Shown: piece by piece, positions 14,099 through 24,647 of the stretch
Position numbering within the stretch: position 1 is the stretch's first letter
Layout of the letters: each line of letters begins with the position of its first letter
Source of the DNA: a virus
Lineage: Duplodnaviria; Caudoviricetes
Length of the DNA stretch: 37,918 nt
Reading direction: 5' to 3' (one strand)
Virus record (IMG/VR): IMGVR_UViG_3300017777_003696
Location: 1-37,918 of that record
The notes under the pieces: generated by a model
What the model was told of the DNA's origin: nothing
Databases searched by the model: none
Seen by the model: only the letters and a program-made list of their open reading frames with translations
Translations under genes and position numbers: made by a program

Positions 14099-16681
14099 AT
14101 GGCGCGCGGCATCGCGAACAAGTCGATCCTGTCTTTCAACGCTGGCGAGCTGTCGCCAAAGCTGGACGCGCGCACGGACCTGGACAAATACGGCGCCGGG
14201 TGTCGGACGCTTCAGAACGCATTTGTTGAGCCGTATGGTGCGGCTATTCGTCGCGCTGGCACACAATACATCGCGAGCACGAAGGTCGCCGGCACGAAGG
14301 CCAGGCTGATCGGCTTCAAGTTTTCGACTACGACGAACTTCATGATCGAGTTCGGCGTGGGCTATATTCGGTTCTTTTCTAACGGTGCGCGGGTGGAGTC
14401 GCCTCCTGGCACGCCGGTCGAAGTGGCGGCGCCGTATGGCGAAGCGGACCTGTTCGAACTTCAGACGACACAGATCAATGATGTCGTTTATATCACGCAT
14501 CCGGATTGGCCTACGCACAAGCTTTCACGGCTTTCGGATACGTCTTGGACGATGGCGGAAATGGATCCGTATTATCCGCCGTTCCTGGATGAGAACGTGG
14601 ACGAATCAGTGGGGCTTCGACTGAACGACGCGGCGATCACAACGGACTGGGTGACGGCGACAACTTACGTTCCTGGCGACGTGCGGGATGAAGGTGGCGT
14701 GATCTATTTCTGCCTAATCGGGCACACGTCAGGCACGTTCGCGACGGACTTGGCGGCGGGGAAGTGGGAAATCTACAACCTTCTGACGGCGAGTTCTGCG
14801 GTGTTCCTGGCTGGACACGTCGGAAGCTACTGGCAACTGGCGCACCTTCGGGAAGCGTCGTTCGTTGAACTGGAAATCACGGTTCCGGCTGACTGGGTGA
14901 CTGCGACGGTTTACGCGGTCGGGGACATCCGGCGCGTGACGGCGACGAACTACGTCTGTCTGACGGCGCACACGTCGGGAACGTTCGCCACGGATCTCGC
15001 GGCGGCGAAGTGGGCGGTGTCCGAGGCCGATCTGACATCGGCAACGATTCCAGTGCGTGGCGATTGGAACGTGCGCACTTATGGCGTTTGGATCGCTGAC
15101 ATCCTGGTTCAGCGTTCACTCGACGGCGGCACAACCTGGGACACGATTCGCAAGTTTCGCGGGAAAGAAGATCGCAACGTGGACGCGACTGGAAACCAGG
15201 TCGAAGACGCGCTGTTCCGCGTCGTCCTGAATGACATCGATCCTCCGACGAACGCGGGCCCGACTACTCCGCGCGTGGTGATTGAAGTGGTGGACGCCTA
15301 TATTTACGGGCTGGTTCAGATCCTTGGCGTGATCAATTCCACGAATTGCCGGGTGCGCATTGTGGACGAACCGCTGAGTGAGGCGGAAACGCCATACTGG
15401 GCCGAAGGCGCATGGTCTGACGTGCGCGGATACCCTCGCGCGGTGACGTTACACGAGCAACGGCTGTGCTTTGGCGGGACAACGCATCAGCCGCAAACGG
15501 TGTGGGGCTCTGTGACGGGCGACTTCGAAAACTTCCAGCGTGGCACGTTGGACACGGACAGCTTCGCCTACACGCTCGGCGCGACGGAGTTTAACGCCAT
15601 CCTGTGGTTCGTGTCACAAGGCCGGTTGTTGATCGGCACGACGGCCGGCGAGTGGTCAATGTGGTCAGGCGATCAGGGGCTTCCCATCACGCCGTCCGCC
15701 GTGAAGGTGGATCAACAGTCTGCCTTCGGGAGCAAGGTAGGCGTGCCGGCGCTGCTCGTGAATGATCTGGTTCTGTTTGTGCAACGCCAGGGCCGGAAGG
15801 TGCGCGAACTGTCGTTCTCGTATGAGAAAGACGGCTACGTGGCTCCGGACCTGACGCTGTTGAGTGAGCACGTCACGAAGGGCGGCATCGTTCAATTTGC
15901 CTACCAGGCACAGGCGAGCGCCATCCTGTGGGCGGTGACGGGCGAAGGCGTCCTGATCGGCATGACTTACGAACGCGAACAGAACGTGTTCGGCTGGCAT
16001 CGGCATCCCACGGACGGCTTCGTGGAGTCCGTTGCCACGATCTACGGCACGAACGACGATGAAGTTTGGATGGTGGTTCGGCGCACGGTAGGCGGCGCGA
16101 CGGTGCGCTATGTCGAGCGAATCAATCCCGCTAAGTGGACGGCGAAGGCGGATTGTTTCTTCGTGGATTGCGGGAAGACTGTGCTGCTCTCGCCGGCATC
16201 TACGGCCGTGACGGGCCTGGCGCACCTGAACGGGAAGACGGTTCAAGTCCTGGCGGACGGGAATGTGGAAACGAACAAGGTGGTTGCGGCCGGGGCGATC
16301 ACGTTGGATCACGCATCGAGCACGGTTCAGGTGGGACTTCCGTTCGAAACGATTGTGAAGCCGATGCGGATCGACACAGATCCGTCGCTTGGAAATTCCC
16401 AGGGCGTGGTGAAACAGGTGCGCAACCTGGTCATTCGCGTGCTGGACACTCTGGGCCTGAAATACGGCGACGGAAAGGCGGCGTTCGAAACGCTCGAATT
16501 TCGGGAAATCGACAGCGGTGGCGACGCGATGGATTCCAGTCCGCCACTGTTCACGGGCGACAAAGAGATCCAGTTCCCCGGCGAGTTCGAAACGGAAGGG
16601 GACATCGTGATCAAACAGGATCAGCCGCTGCCGATGACGCTGATCGCCATCGTCACGAAGCATCAAGTCACGGGCAAATGA
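14099..16681 (+). CDS. Tail tubular protein B/nozzle (T7 gp12-like) with two inserted CBM-like repeats
   Basis: SFNAGELSP, GYPRAVTLHEQRL.FGG, LFVQRQGRKVREL and GWHRH motifs. ATG at 14099. Confidence 0.92.
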   Translation: MARGIANKSILSFNAGELSPKLDARTDLDKYGAGCRTLQNAFVEPYGAAIRRAGTQYIASTKVAGTKARLIGFKFSTTTNFMIEFGVGYIRFFSNGARVESPPGTPVEVAAPYGEADLFELQTTQINDVVYITHPDWPTHKLSRLSDTSWTMAEMDPYYPPFLDENVDESVGLRLNDAAITTDWVTATTYVPGDVRDEGGVIYFCLIGHTSGTFATDLAAGKWEIYNLLTASSAVFLAGHVGSYWQLAHLREASFVELEITVPADWVTATVYAVGDIRRVTATNYVCLTAHTSGTFATDLAAAKWAVSEADLTSATIPVRGDWNVRTYGVWIADILVQRSLDGGTTWDTIRKFRGKEDRNVDATGNQVEDALFRVVLNDIDPPTNAGPTTPRVVIEVVDAYIYGLVQILGVINSTNCRVRIVDEPLSEAETPYWAEGAWSDVRGYPRAVTLHEQRLCFGGTTHQPQTVWGSVTGDFENFQRGTLDTDSFAYTLGATEFNAILWFVSQGRLLIGTTAGEWSMWSGDQGLPITPSAVKVDQQSAFGSKVGVPALLVNDLVLFVQRQGRKVRELSFSYEKDGYVAPDLTLLSEHVTKGGIVQFAYQAQASAILWAVTGEGVLIGMTYEREQNVFGWHRHPTDGFVESVATIYGTNDDEVWMVVRRTVGGATVRYVERINPAKWTAKADCFFVDCGKTVLLSPASTAVTGLAHLNGKTVQVLADGNVETNKVVAAGAITLDHASSTVQVGLPFETIVKPMRIDTDPSLGNSQGVVKQVRNLVIRVLDTLGLKYGDGKAAFETLEFREIDSGGDAMDSSPPLFTGDKEIQFPGEFETEGDIVIKQDQPLPMTLIAIVTKHQVTGK
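14645..15013 (+). repeat. Two ~41-aa carbohydrate-binding-module-like repeats inside the nozzle gene
   Basis: DWVTATTYVPGDV...YFCLIGHTSGTFATDLAAGKW (14645-14767) and DWVTATVYAVGDI...YVCLTAHTSGTFATDLAAAKW (14891-15013). Confidence 0.85.
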
Positions 16682-17082
16682 ACAGCATCCGAGAAATCAA
16701 TTTGGACGTGGATCATCCCGTTCTTTCGGTCTGGTGGGAAGCGCACGGCTGGCCCGTCGTTCCGCGCGCGATCCTGCCGAAGCTGGGCGTGATGGCGATG
16801 GCTGGGGATCTGCGCGTTGCGGCCGGCTTCCTCTACATGGACAACTCTGTGGGCGTTTCGATGCTCGAATGGCTCGTGACGAACCCGGACGCCACGGGAA
16901 GGCAATCCCTGGCGGCTATCGGCGCCGTCATCGGCTTCCTGTCTGAACGCGCGCTGGAAATGGACTACGGCGTGATGCTTACGAGCTGCCGTCAGCAAGG
17001 GCTCGCGCGCATCTTCGAACATCACGGCTTCGCCAAAACGGACGAAGGAATCATTCACATGGTCCGCAAACTTCGGGAATAA
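16678..17082 (+). CDS. GNAT-like protein (T7 gp13-like position)
   Basis: ATG at 16678 overlaps the nozzle stop. VAAGFLY, EWLVTNP and IFEHHGF motifs. Confidence 0.8.
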   Translation: MNSIREINLDVDHPVLSVWWEAHGWPVVPRAILPKLGVMAMAGDLRVAAGFLYMDNSVGVSMLEWLVTNPDATGRQSLAAIGAVIGFLSERALEMDYGVMLTSCRQQGLARIFEHHGFAKTDEGIIHMVRKLRE

Positions 17083-17083
17083 C

Positions 17084-17725
17084 ATGGCCGCTCTCACCAC
17101 TCTCGCCGTTGCTTCACTCGCTGCCACGGCTGTCGGCACTGGTGTCGCCATGTATGGGCAGGCCCAGGCCGCAAAGACCGCGAAGAAGGTCGGCGACTAC
17201 AACGCCAGCGTAGCCGAACAGAACGCCGGCATCGCCGATCAGAATGCCAGGCAGATCGCGGAAACCTCGGAATACAACGCGAAGGTGTTGGAGGTTCAGG
17301 CGATTCAGACGGAGATGGACGGCCGGGAGAACATTCGCCGGAAGCGGGCTGAGAATAAGCGTTACGCTTCGACGCAGCGGGCGCGCTTTGCGGCGTCTGG
17401 CGTCACGGAAGAGGGTTCGCCCTTGGAAGTGATGGCAGAGACGGCGGCACTGCTCGAAATGGATGCCCAGGAGGTCAATCGCCAGGCGCAGATTCGCCAG
17501 GCCCAGCTTCGGGCTGGCGCGACGGAGGAACGGCGCCAGGGGCTATTCCAGGCCGATCAGGCGCGGCAACAGGGTTCGCAGTATCGCACGCAAGCCGGGT
17601 TCGAACGCATGTATGGCGCGGCCAGCGCCAGCGCAGCGAAGATCGGGATGGCGTCCACGCTTCTCGCGGGTGCTTCGAGCATGGCCGGTTCCGCTTACAC
17701 CTTCCGCCGTCAAGGCGCTATCTGA
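17084..17725 (+). CDS. Internal virion (ejection) protein, gp14-like
   Basis: Hydrophobic Ala/Gly N terminus, Gln/Ala-rich helices, QRARFAASGV...GSPLEV motif. Confidence 0.85.
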   Translation: MAALTTLAVASLAATAVGTGVAMYGQAQAAKTAKKVGDYNASVAEQNAGIADQNARQIAETSEYNAKVLEVQAIQTEMDGRENIRRKRAENKRYASTQRARFAASGVTEEGSPLEVMAETAALLEMDAQEVNRQAQIRQAQLRAGATEERRQGLFQADQARQQGSQYRTQAGFERMYGAASASAAKIGMASTLLAGASSMAGSAYTFRRQGAI

Positions 17726-17727
17726 TC

Positions 17728-19452
17728 ATGCGCACAATTCCCGTCCCGAATCGCAACCCTGTCGGTGAAGTCGGCCCTGGCACGGTCAAACGTGAGGCGC
17801 TGATCGGTGCGCCGAATCGCACGCGCATGGACGAGGGCGCGCTTCAGGCGCCGAACCGGGCCATCGTTCAGGCCGGACAGACGATTCAGGGCGGCGCGGA
17901 CATGCTCGGACGCTTCGCCATGGAGAAGGCGAACCAGGTGAACAAGGGCATTCTGGCGAAGGAAGAGACGATCCGCATGGAGACGGCGGCGGGCATTCAG
18001 GCCCACTTCGAAGCGAACCAGGACGAACCTGGCCTGTGGGGCGATCACGCGAACGCCACCTGGGCGACTTACGAGAAGGATCGCAGCACGCGGGCGAAGA
18101 AAGAGAAGTGGGCGCCGGACGTGATGGAACGCGACACGCTTCAGTATTCGGTTTTCCGGAACGAGGTCGGGATCAAGTTTCGGGCGGAACAGGACAAGGC
18201 GACGGTGCGCCAGGCGAACGCGCGGCTCGAATCGAACGCGGAAGCGAAGTTGCGCGCGGGCGATTACGACGGGTTCGTGAAGAGCATCGATCAGATGAAT
18301 CTCTTCCCGGAGGCGAAGGAGCGGAAGATCCGCCAGGGGATCGAGGAAGGCATGTATCGCGTGGCGAACGGCCAACTGGACGCGCTTCGTGATCTGCCAC
18401 CGTCACAGGCTATCCCGGCAATCGAGGCGTTCGTGGCGGCGGTGAACAAGAAGGGCGCGGACGGGAAATTTAAGGAATACGAATTTGAGCGCGGCGGCAT
18501 GTCCGTCGGCGCGCGTCAGCAACTCGTCACGGTGGCCCAGGGGCGCATCCGTGAAAAGGAACGGGCCATGGCTGTGAACGGGCGCGCGATCATCGCGAAC
18601 ATCCGCATGGGACGCGCCGACGTGACGAACGTGCTGGATGCGGTGAAGGCCGGCGAGATGACACCAGAGGTGGCGAAGGCCATCATGCCGGAAGTTGCGA
18701 TGGCCGTGGACGAGTGGGACGTGAAGGTGGCGAACAAACAGGCGGCGGCTGACGCGAAGGTGGAAGCGGAGAAGCGGCGCAAACAGGAACAGGCCCAGCA
18801 ACAGGCCGGGACGACGGAACGGCTTCGCGTGGCTGCGCTCGAACGCGGGAAGGTGGGCATCCGGGACATCGAGCGTCAGCTTGCGCTCGGCGAGATCGGT
18901 CCGGCCCAGGCCGATCAACTGAAGGAAGAGCTGATTCAGGCGTCGCGTGCTGAAGTGCAAATGGAGAAAGGCGACTACCGGCTGATCGCGGACAAGATTC
19001 GCGGCGGCATGTCGGCGAAGATGTTCGGCCGTCAGCCTTCGGATGTGGAGTATCAGCGGATTCAGGCGTCCATTGCCGGCTCGAAGACTCTGACGAAAGA
19101 GACGCGGCTGAAGCTGATGGATGAGTTTTTCACGATGAAGCTGGCGGACATTTCCGACCTTCAGGAAGAAGGCCCGGAGAACGGACGCTGGGCGGATCGT
19201 GACATCACGCCACCGGAACGCTCGCTTCGCCGGGATCTCCTGGGCGAATACAAGAAGCTGCTGCCGGCGCTCGGCGACGTGACGGCTGGCGATCTGATGT
19301 TCAGCCAGGAAGCGCGCATTCGCTCGTTCTTCGACTCGGCGAAGGCGCCACGCACTCAGGCGGAAATCGAGAAGTTCACGAAGGAACAACTTCTTCCCGA
19401 GGTTCAGAAGGCGGCTGGCTTCCAGGCACTGAAGGACGCATTCAAATTCTGA
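17728..19452 (+). CDS. Internal virion (ejection) protein, gp15-like position
   Basis: 574-aa helical protein between the gp14-like gene and the giant virion gene. Confidence 0.75.
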   Translation: MRTIPVPNRNPVGEVGPGTVKREALIGAPNRTRMDEGALQAPNRAIVQAGQTIQGGADMLGRFAMEKANQVNKGILAKEETIRMETAAGIQAHFEANQDEPGLWGDHANATWATYEKDRSTRAKKEKWAPDVMERDTLQYSVFRNEVGIKFRAEQDKATVRQANARLESNAEAKLRAGDYDGFVKSIDQMNLFPEAKERKIRQGIEEGMYRVANGQLDALRDLPPSQAIPAIEAFVAAVNKKGADGKFKEYEFERGGMSVGARQQLVTVAQGRIREKERAMAVNGRAIIANIRMGRADVTNVLDAVKAGEMTPEVAKAIMPEVAMAVDEWDVKVANKQAAADAKVEAEKRRKQEQAQQQAGTTERLRVAALERGKVGIRDIERQLALGEIGPAQADQLKEELIQASRAEVQMEKGDYRLIADKIRGGMSAKMFGRQPSDVEYQRIQASIAGSKTLTKETRLKLMDEFFTMKLADISDLQEEGPENGRWADRDITPPERSLRRDLLGEYKKLLPALGDVTAGDLMFSQEARIRSFFDSAKAPRTQAEIEKFTKEQLLPEVQKAAGFQALKDAFKF

Positions 19453-22400
19453 TGACTGACGAACTGGCACCTTTCTTCGAATCGCGCGAGCTGCGCGTGA
19501 ACCGGCTTCCTGATGAGGCACGGGACAGCTTCAGCCTGGCCGCTACCTCGGCGCGTGAGTCGGGACAGACGGACTTCGAAGATCGTCAGTTTGTCAGCCT
19601 GTGGCTGTCGCGTCGCACTGGGATGCCCCGGACGGACGTGCTGAACAACTTCGACGCCATTGCGTCACGGTTTTTCGGAGACGGTGCAACTGCCTCGAAG
19701 GCATGGGATCAGATCGCGAAAAGCTACGCGCCACCGGCCGAAAAGCAGGATGCCCCGAAAACCGGGGCAAGTTCGGCGGGGCAAGATCCGGAGTTTGCCG
19801 ACACGGAAGGGCTGGCGAAGATGGGCAAGGGCGTGCTCCTGGAAAACGTGGAGCAATCCGGCCGGGCGGCGGGCGCCGGGTTCACCGGCTTTGCCCAGCA
19901 AGTGCCGGCTGGCCTGTATTCGCAGGCGGCGACGGTGCTTCAGTCGCCGGGCCGGCCGAAGTCCGTGTTCGAAGATCGCACCTACCTGGACCTGTCGCGC
20001 GAGCGTGCGCAGATCCTTCGTCCGCCGTTCTGGCCCTACGATCACGACAAAGAGCCGAACGAGCGGGAAGCGAAGCGGCTGGCGAAGATCGACGCGGACA
20101 TGGCGACGCTCGCGAAGCGCAACGACGCGGCGAACCTGGAACGGGTGAAGTCGTTTGCGCAGTCCGACAGCACTGGCATCGCCGACGAATACCGGCGCCT
20201 GGCCGGCTTCTGGTATGACCTGAGCAAAGGCGCCAGCGAACGCATGGGCGTGAATCCGGATTTCGAGAAGACGACGCTGGGCGGCTTCATGAAGAGCGCG
20301 GGAAGCGTGCCGGCGACGGCTGCAATGGCCGTCATGGGGCCCGTGGGCTGGCTGGGCATGGAAGGGTCGTTCTTTGCCCAGGTGGAACAGGAACGCATGG
20401 AGAAGGAGGGCGCGGCCTACGATCCCCAGGCATCGGCGGCGGCGAACCTCGGGTCTGCCTTGCCACAGGCGATCATGGAACGGGCGTTCGGTGTGGAACG
20501 CCTGATGAACAAAGTGCTCGGCGAAGCGGCGAAGCAGTCGGGCAAGGTGACGTTCGGCGACTTCGCCAGGAACTTTGTGCGCGCGGGCCTGACGGCCGGC
20601 GTGGAAGAGGCGATCACTGAGCCGACACAAAACTTCTGGAACGACTACGTTGCTTCCCTGAGCTACGATCAAAACCGGGAGCTGTTCACGGCGGACGCGG
20701 CAAAACAGCGTTTGGTCGAGTCGGTGTCAGCGTTTGCGCTGGGCTTCCTCTTTGGCGGTGGCGTCACGTCTGTCCAGGGCATCGATCAGAATCGCAAGGT
20801 TGCGGCCGGCGAGCGTTACCTGACGACGCGGGACGGCCAGACTCTGGCGCCGGAAGACTTCCGCGTGATGCGCGCGGTGAAGTCCGACCGGGATCTGATG
20901 ACGACGGCGCCGGATGAGGAAACCGGCCGGATGCTCGTCGCGGCGGTGAACGGCGATCAGGCGGCACAAGCCGACTACAACAACCGCGTGCTTCAGTCGC
21001 TCTTCGTGAAGGCGGACGACGTGGACGTGGCCGGGATGTCGGTGGGCATGATCAACGACGTGCCGGCCGTGCGCATGGAAGACGGCGTGATCGTTTCGCT
21101 GGACCTGACGAAAGAGGAAGACCGCGCATTCCTGGACAACTTCAAGCGGGAAGCCGTGAAGGTGAAGGCGACGCAGGACACGCTTGCGGAGATGCAGGCG
21201 CGGCACGGCGACACGCTTGAGGCGAGTCAGCCGGCGAAGCTCGCGACGCTGGAAGAGCGCGTGGCGTCCGGACAGATGACGCAGGAACAGGCGGACGATG
21301 CGTTGGAAGTGGCGAAGACGATCAACGGCCTGGCGGCGGATCTGAAGCTGGGCGATGTGGCGCCGGAAGGGTCCGCCACGACGCGCCAGGACGGCGACGT
21401 GTTCAAGATGGTGGTCGAAGTGGCACAGTCAGCCGATCCGACGAAGGCCATCGAAGAAGTGAGCGAGGCGTATATTCAACGCGCCTACCGGACGCGCGAT
21501 CTTGTCCCGGCTGATCTGAATGACGCGCGGATGCGCTGGCACGAACAGAACGGCGAGGCCGATGCGGCGGCGGGCATGGACGGCGATAAGCTGGACCGGG
21601 CGAACATCGAATGGTTTTCGAAGCGCGTCGTGGAATACGCCGTGGCGAATCGGAAGACCGAACTGCCGGGTGGCTGGGGTGCCTGGCTGCGCACGCTCGG
21701 CGAACAACTGAAGAAATTCCTGGGTGGCGCTGTCCGCATGAAGAAGCTGATGCGCGACGGGAAGCTGGACGCGGAACTGGAAGCGTGGATGAAGGGCGCC
21801 ATCGGCAAGCCGGGCGATGCCTTTGCGATCACGTCAGAGAATGCGAACGCTCGCGCGGAACAGGGGAACGTCGAAGCGGCGCCGGTCGCGTCCGAAGTCG
21901 ATCAGGAAAACCCAGACATCACGTTCGCCCTTACTGGCGTGCCACAGAACGCGACGCAGGCACTTCAGGCCCAGGCGTCGGCGCTTCGGGCGAAGAAGCT
22001 GGCGGCGACGGCACAACTGACGGCACGGCTGCGCAGTGGCGTGCCATTGCCGAAGCGCGCGGCGCTCGTTCGCCGTTCGACACAGGCGAGTCTCGCGGCG
22101 CGCCTGGCGATGCCGATCAGCTCACGTCTGTCGCGCATCAGCCGGCCGCTGGCGCAACGTCTGCGGCGTTTCGAGTTCGACCTGGGCAACGCCATCACAC
22201 GCGACTTCGCCCAGGTGGAAGGCTTCATTCGTGGATTCGAAAAGATGCGGCCGGACGACGCGGCGATCTTAGACTTGGCGCTGAAGAACGGCGACACGGA
22301 CACGCGGGACACGATGCTGGCGGCTTACAACCTGACGGCGGACTTCGCCAAGGTTCAGGCCGTGCTCGAAGCGACGAAGGACAAAGCGAAAGCGGCCGGC

Positions 22401-23990
22401 TACGATTTCGGCGAGGTGTCGGATTACTTCCCGCGCAAGGTGAACGACGTGGACGGGCTGTTCATGCACTATTACGGCAAGCCCCAGGCCGGCCGGATTG
22501 AGGAAGTGCTACGCGATGCCCAGGCGAAGGCGGCGGCGCAAGGGCGCACCCTGACGCATGACGAACGGATCGAGATCGTGAACAGCGTTCTTCGCGGGTT
22601 CCGTCCGCCTGAGTCGAAGCCGTCGAACCTGAAGGCGCGGAAGACGGACGTGGTGGACGTGGACGCGGATCGTTTCTACGCGGACAGTATTCAGGCGCTC
22701 GTCGGCTATATTGAGAGCCTGAACAGTGCCATCGAGAAGCGGCGGTTCTTCGGGAAGTATCACGTCACGATGCAGTCGGCGACGGGCGGCGTGTATTCGA
22801 GCAATCGGATCGCCGTTGAGGCTTCAATCGGCGCGCTGGTGGAAGACATGATCGCCAGCGGGCAAATCACGCGGGCGCAACAGGCCGAAGTGTCCGCCGT
22901 CCTGGAAGCGCGGTTCAGTCAGCAATCGAGTTCGCCGTTCATCCGCGCGTTCAAGGCGCTGAGTTACATGGGCACGATGGGCCAGATCACGAGCGCGATG
23001 ACGCAGCTCACGGACCTGGCGTTCTCCATGTATGAGAACGGAATCTTCGACACGCTGATCGCGGCCGGGAGCGCCGTCACGCGCACGTCGAAGATCACAA
23101 GGAAAGACCTTTCCCTGGACACGATGGCCGAAGAGTTCCGGGAGATGGGCGCGCTGCACAAGGCGCTGAACCGCGTCTTCAAATTGGTCGGCATTCACTA
23201 CCTGGACATGGTGGGGAAAGAGACGCTGGTGAATGCGAAGTTTCGCGCACTGGAACGCGAAGCGTCTGCCGGCAAGTTGAGCGCGAAGAGTCGCGCGCTG
23301 ATCAACGCGTCCTTTGGTCCGACGATTGCGCCTCGCGTGATTGGCGAGCTGGCGCGCGGTCAGAAGACGGAAGACACGATGTTCGCCGTCTATTCCATCC
23401 TGGCGGACTATCAGCCGGTGAGCATGTCGGAGATGCCGGAATTCTACCTTCGGCATCCGAACGGCCGGGTGTTCTACATGCTGAAAACTTTTGCGCTGAA
23501 GCAGATTGATTCCTTCCGGCGCGAGTCGATCACCCTGATCGTTAACGGCAACGCGAAACAGAAGGCGGTCGGGTTCCGCAACCTGATCCACATGGCGGCG
23601 CTGCTCTATCTGATCGGGCTCCCGGTGGACTGGCTGAAGGACTGGGTGATGGGACGCGATCCGCAAATTGGGGATCTGGCGTTCGACAATATGTTTAAGC
23701 TGCTCGGCGTGAACCGCTGGAACCTGTGGCAATTCCGGGAGAAGAAGAATCCGCTGGAAGCGGCTTTGCTCCTGGTGACGCCACCGGCGCCGTTTATTGT
23801 CTATCCGCTGGACGATCTGAAAGAGGCGATCAAGCGCATCGGAGAAGGTGACGAAATCGAGCCTGGCAACTTCGAATCCTGGCGGATGCTGCCGTTCCTC
23901 GGGGCGCCGATTTACTGGTGGTTCGGTGGTGGCGCCGTGAAAGTTGAAAAACGACGCGAGAAGCGGGAGCGCGGTCGCGTAACTCCGTAG
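19452..23990 (+). CDS. Large internal virion (ejection) protein, gp16-like position
   Basis: 1512 aa. EEAITEPTQ, DYFPRKV and GRVFYMLKTF motifs seen in large phage DNA-delivery proteins. Confidence 0.82.
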   Translation: MTDELAPFFESRELRVNRLPDEARDSFSLAATSARESGQTDFEDRQFVSLWLSRRTGMPRTDVLNNFDAIASRFFGDGATASKAWDQIAKSYAPPAEKQDAPKTGASSAGQDPEFADTEGLAKMGKGVLLENVEQSGRAAGAGFTGFAQQVPAGLYSQAATVLQSPGRPKSVFEDRTYLDLSRERAQILRPPFWPYDHDKEPNEREAKRLAKIDADMATLAKRNDAANLERVKSFAQSDSTGIADEYRRLAGFWYDLSKGASERMGVNPDFEKTTLGGFMKSAGSVPATAAMAVMGPVGWLGMEGSFFAQVEQERMEKEGAAYDPQASAAANLGSALPQAIMERAFGVERLMNKVLGEAAKQSGKVTFGDFARNFVRAGLTAGVEEAITEPTQNFWNDYVASLSYDQNRELFTADAAKQRLVESVSAFALGFLFGGGVTSVQGIDQNRKVAAGERYLTTRDGQTLAPEDFRVMRAVKSDRDLMTTAPDEETGRMLVAAVNGDQAAQADYNNRVLQSLFVKADDVDVAGMSVGMINDVPAVRMEDGVIVSLDLTKEEDRAFLDNFKREAVKVKATQDTLAEMQARHGDTLEASQPAKLATLEERVASGQMTQEQADDALEVAKTINGLAADLKLGDVAPEGSATTRQDGDVFKMVVEVAQSADPTKAIEEVSEAYIQRAYRTRDLVPADLNDARMRWHEQNGEADAAAGMDGDKLDRANIEWFSKRVVEYAVANRKTELPGGWGAWLRTLGEQLKKFLGGAVRMKKLMRDGKLDAELEAWMKGAIGKPGDAFAITSENANARAEQGNVEAAPVASEVDQENPDITFALTGVPQNATQALQAQASALRAKKLAATAQLTARLRSGVPLPKRAALVRRSTQASLAARLAMPISSRLSRISRPLAQRLRRFEFDLGNAITRDFAQVEGFIRGFEKMRPDDAAILDLALKNGDTDTRDTMLAAYNLTADFAKVQAVLEATKDKAKAAGYDFGEVSDYFPRKVNDVDGLFMHYYGKPQAGRIEEVLRDAQAKAAAQGRTLTHDERIEIVNSVLRGFRPPESKPSNLKARKTDVVDVDADRFYADSIQALVGYIESLNSAIEKRRFFGKYHVTMQSATGGVYSSNRIAVEASIGALVEDMIASGQITRAQQAEVSAVLEARFSQQSSSPFIRAFKALSYMGTMGQITSAMTQLTDLAFSMYENGIFDTLIAAGSAVTRTSKITRKDLSLDTMAEEFREMGALHKALNRVFKLVGIHYLDMVGKETLVNAKFRALEREASAGKLSAKSRALINASFGPTIAPRVIGELARGQKTEDTMFAVYSILADYQPVSMSEMPEFYLRHPNGRVFYMLKTFALKQIDSFRRESITLIVNGNAKQKAVGFRNLIHMAALLYLIGLPVDWLKDWVMGRDPQIGDLAFDNMFKLLGVNRWNLWQFREKKNPLEAALLLVTPPAPFIVYPLDDLKEAIKRIGEGDEIEPGNFESWRMLPFLGAPIYWWFGGGAVKVEKRREKRERGRVTP

Positions 23991-24025
23991 TGGATTTCCC
24001 GATGGCAACCTAATACTGAAGACCC

Positions 24026-24628
24026 ATGATCTCATCGACCACAGCGAAGGTTCAATTCACCCTTTCGAGCGGCGATCAGTCGCTGGCGATCCCGTTCTAC
24101 TTCCTGGAAAACTCGCATGTGAAGGTCGTTCGCACGCGTAACGGCGTGGACACTACGCTGTCGGCGACGGGTTACTCTCTGACTGGCGCCGGGGCTGAAG
24201 CGGGCGGAACGTGCGTTCTTACTGGCCTGGAATCGGCCGGTGGTGATCGGCTGACAATTCTGCGCAACGTGCCTGCAAGTCAGTTGGTGGACTACGCTCC
24301 GAATGATCGCTTCCCGGCGAGCACGCACGAACGCGCGCTGGATAAGCTGACGATGCTGGGCCAGCGGTTTCTCGAACTGGCGGAACGCGCGCTTCGCTTC
24401 GGCGAGGGCGAGGTGATCGGGAGCGGCAATGTTCTGCCGAATGCCATCACACGCGCGGACAAGATCCTGGCTTTCGATGACGACGGTGCGCTGGACCTGT
24501 CGCTGGGCTTGGACGACGTGCGCACCATCGTCATCGCGAACCCGGTGGCTGCACTTTCGGACGTGACGGATTACGGCTCTGTCGGCGATCCAGTGACAGA
24601 CGTGGCCGATTACGGATCAATCGCATAA
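24026..24628 (+). CDS. Tail fibre adaptor (T7 gp17 N-terminal-like anchor)
   Basis: IPFYFL...VKVV, LTILRNVP..Q..DY, FPASTHERALDKLTM. Ends with two D-V-x-D-Y-G-S repeats. Confidence 0.85.
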   Translation: MISSTTAKVQFTLSSGDQSLAIPFYFLENSHVKVVRTRNGVDTTLSATGYSLTGAGAEAGGTCVLTGLESAGGDRLTILRNVPASQLVDYAPNDRFPASTHERALDKLTMLGQRFLELAERALRFGEGEVIGSGNVLPNAITRADKILAFDDDGALDLSLGLDDVRTIVIANPVAALSDVTDYGSVGDPVTDVADYGSIA

Positions 24629-24647
24629 TTCAAAAGGAAAAACCAAC

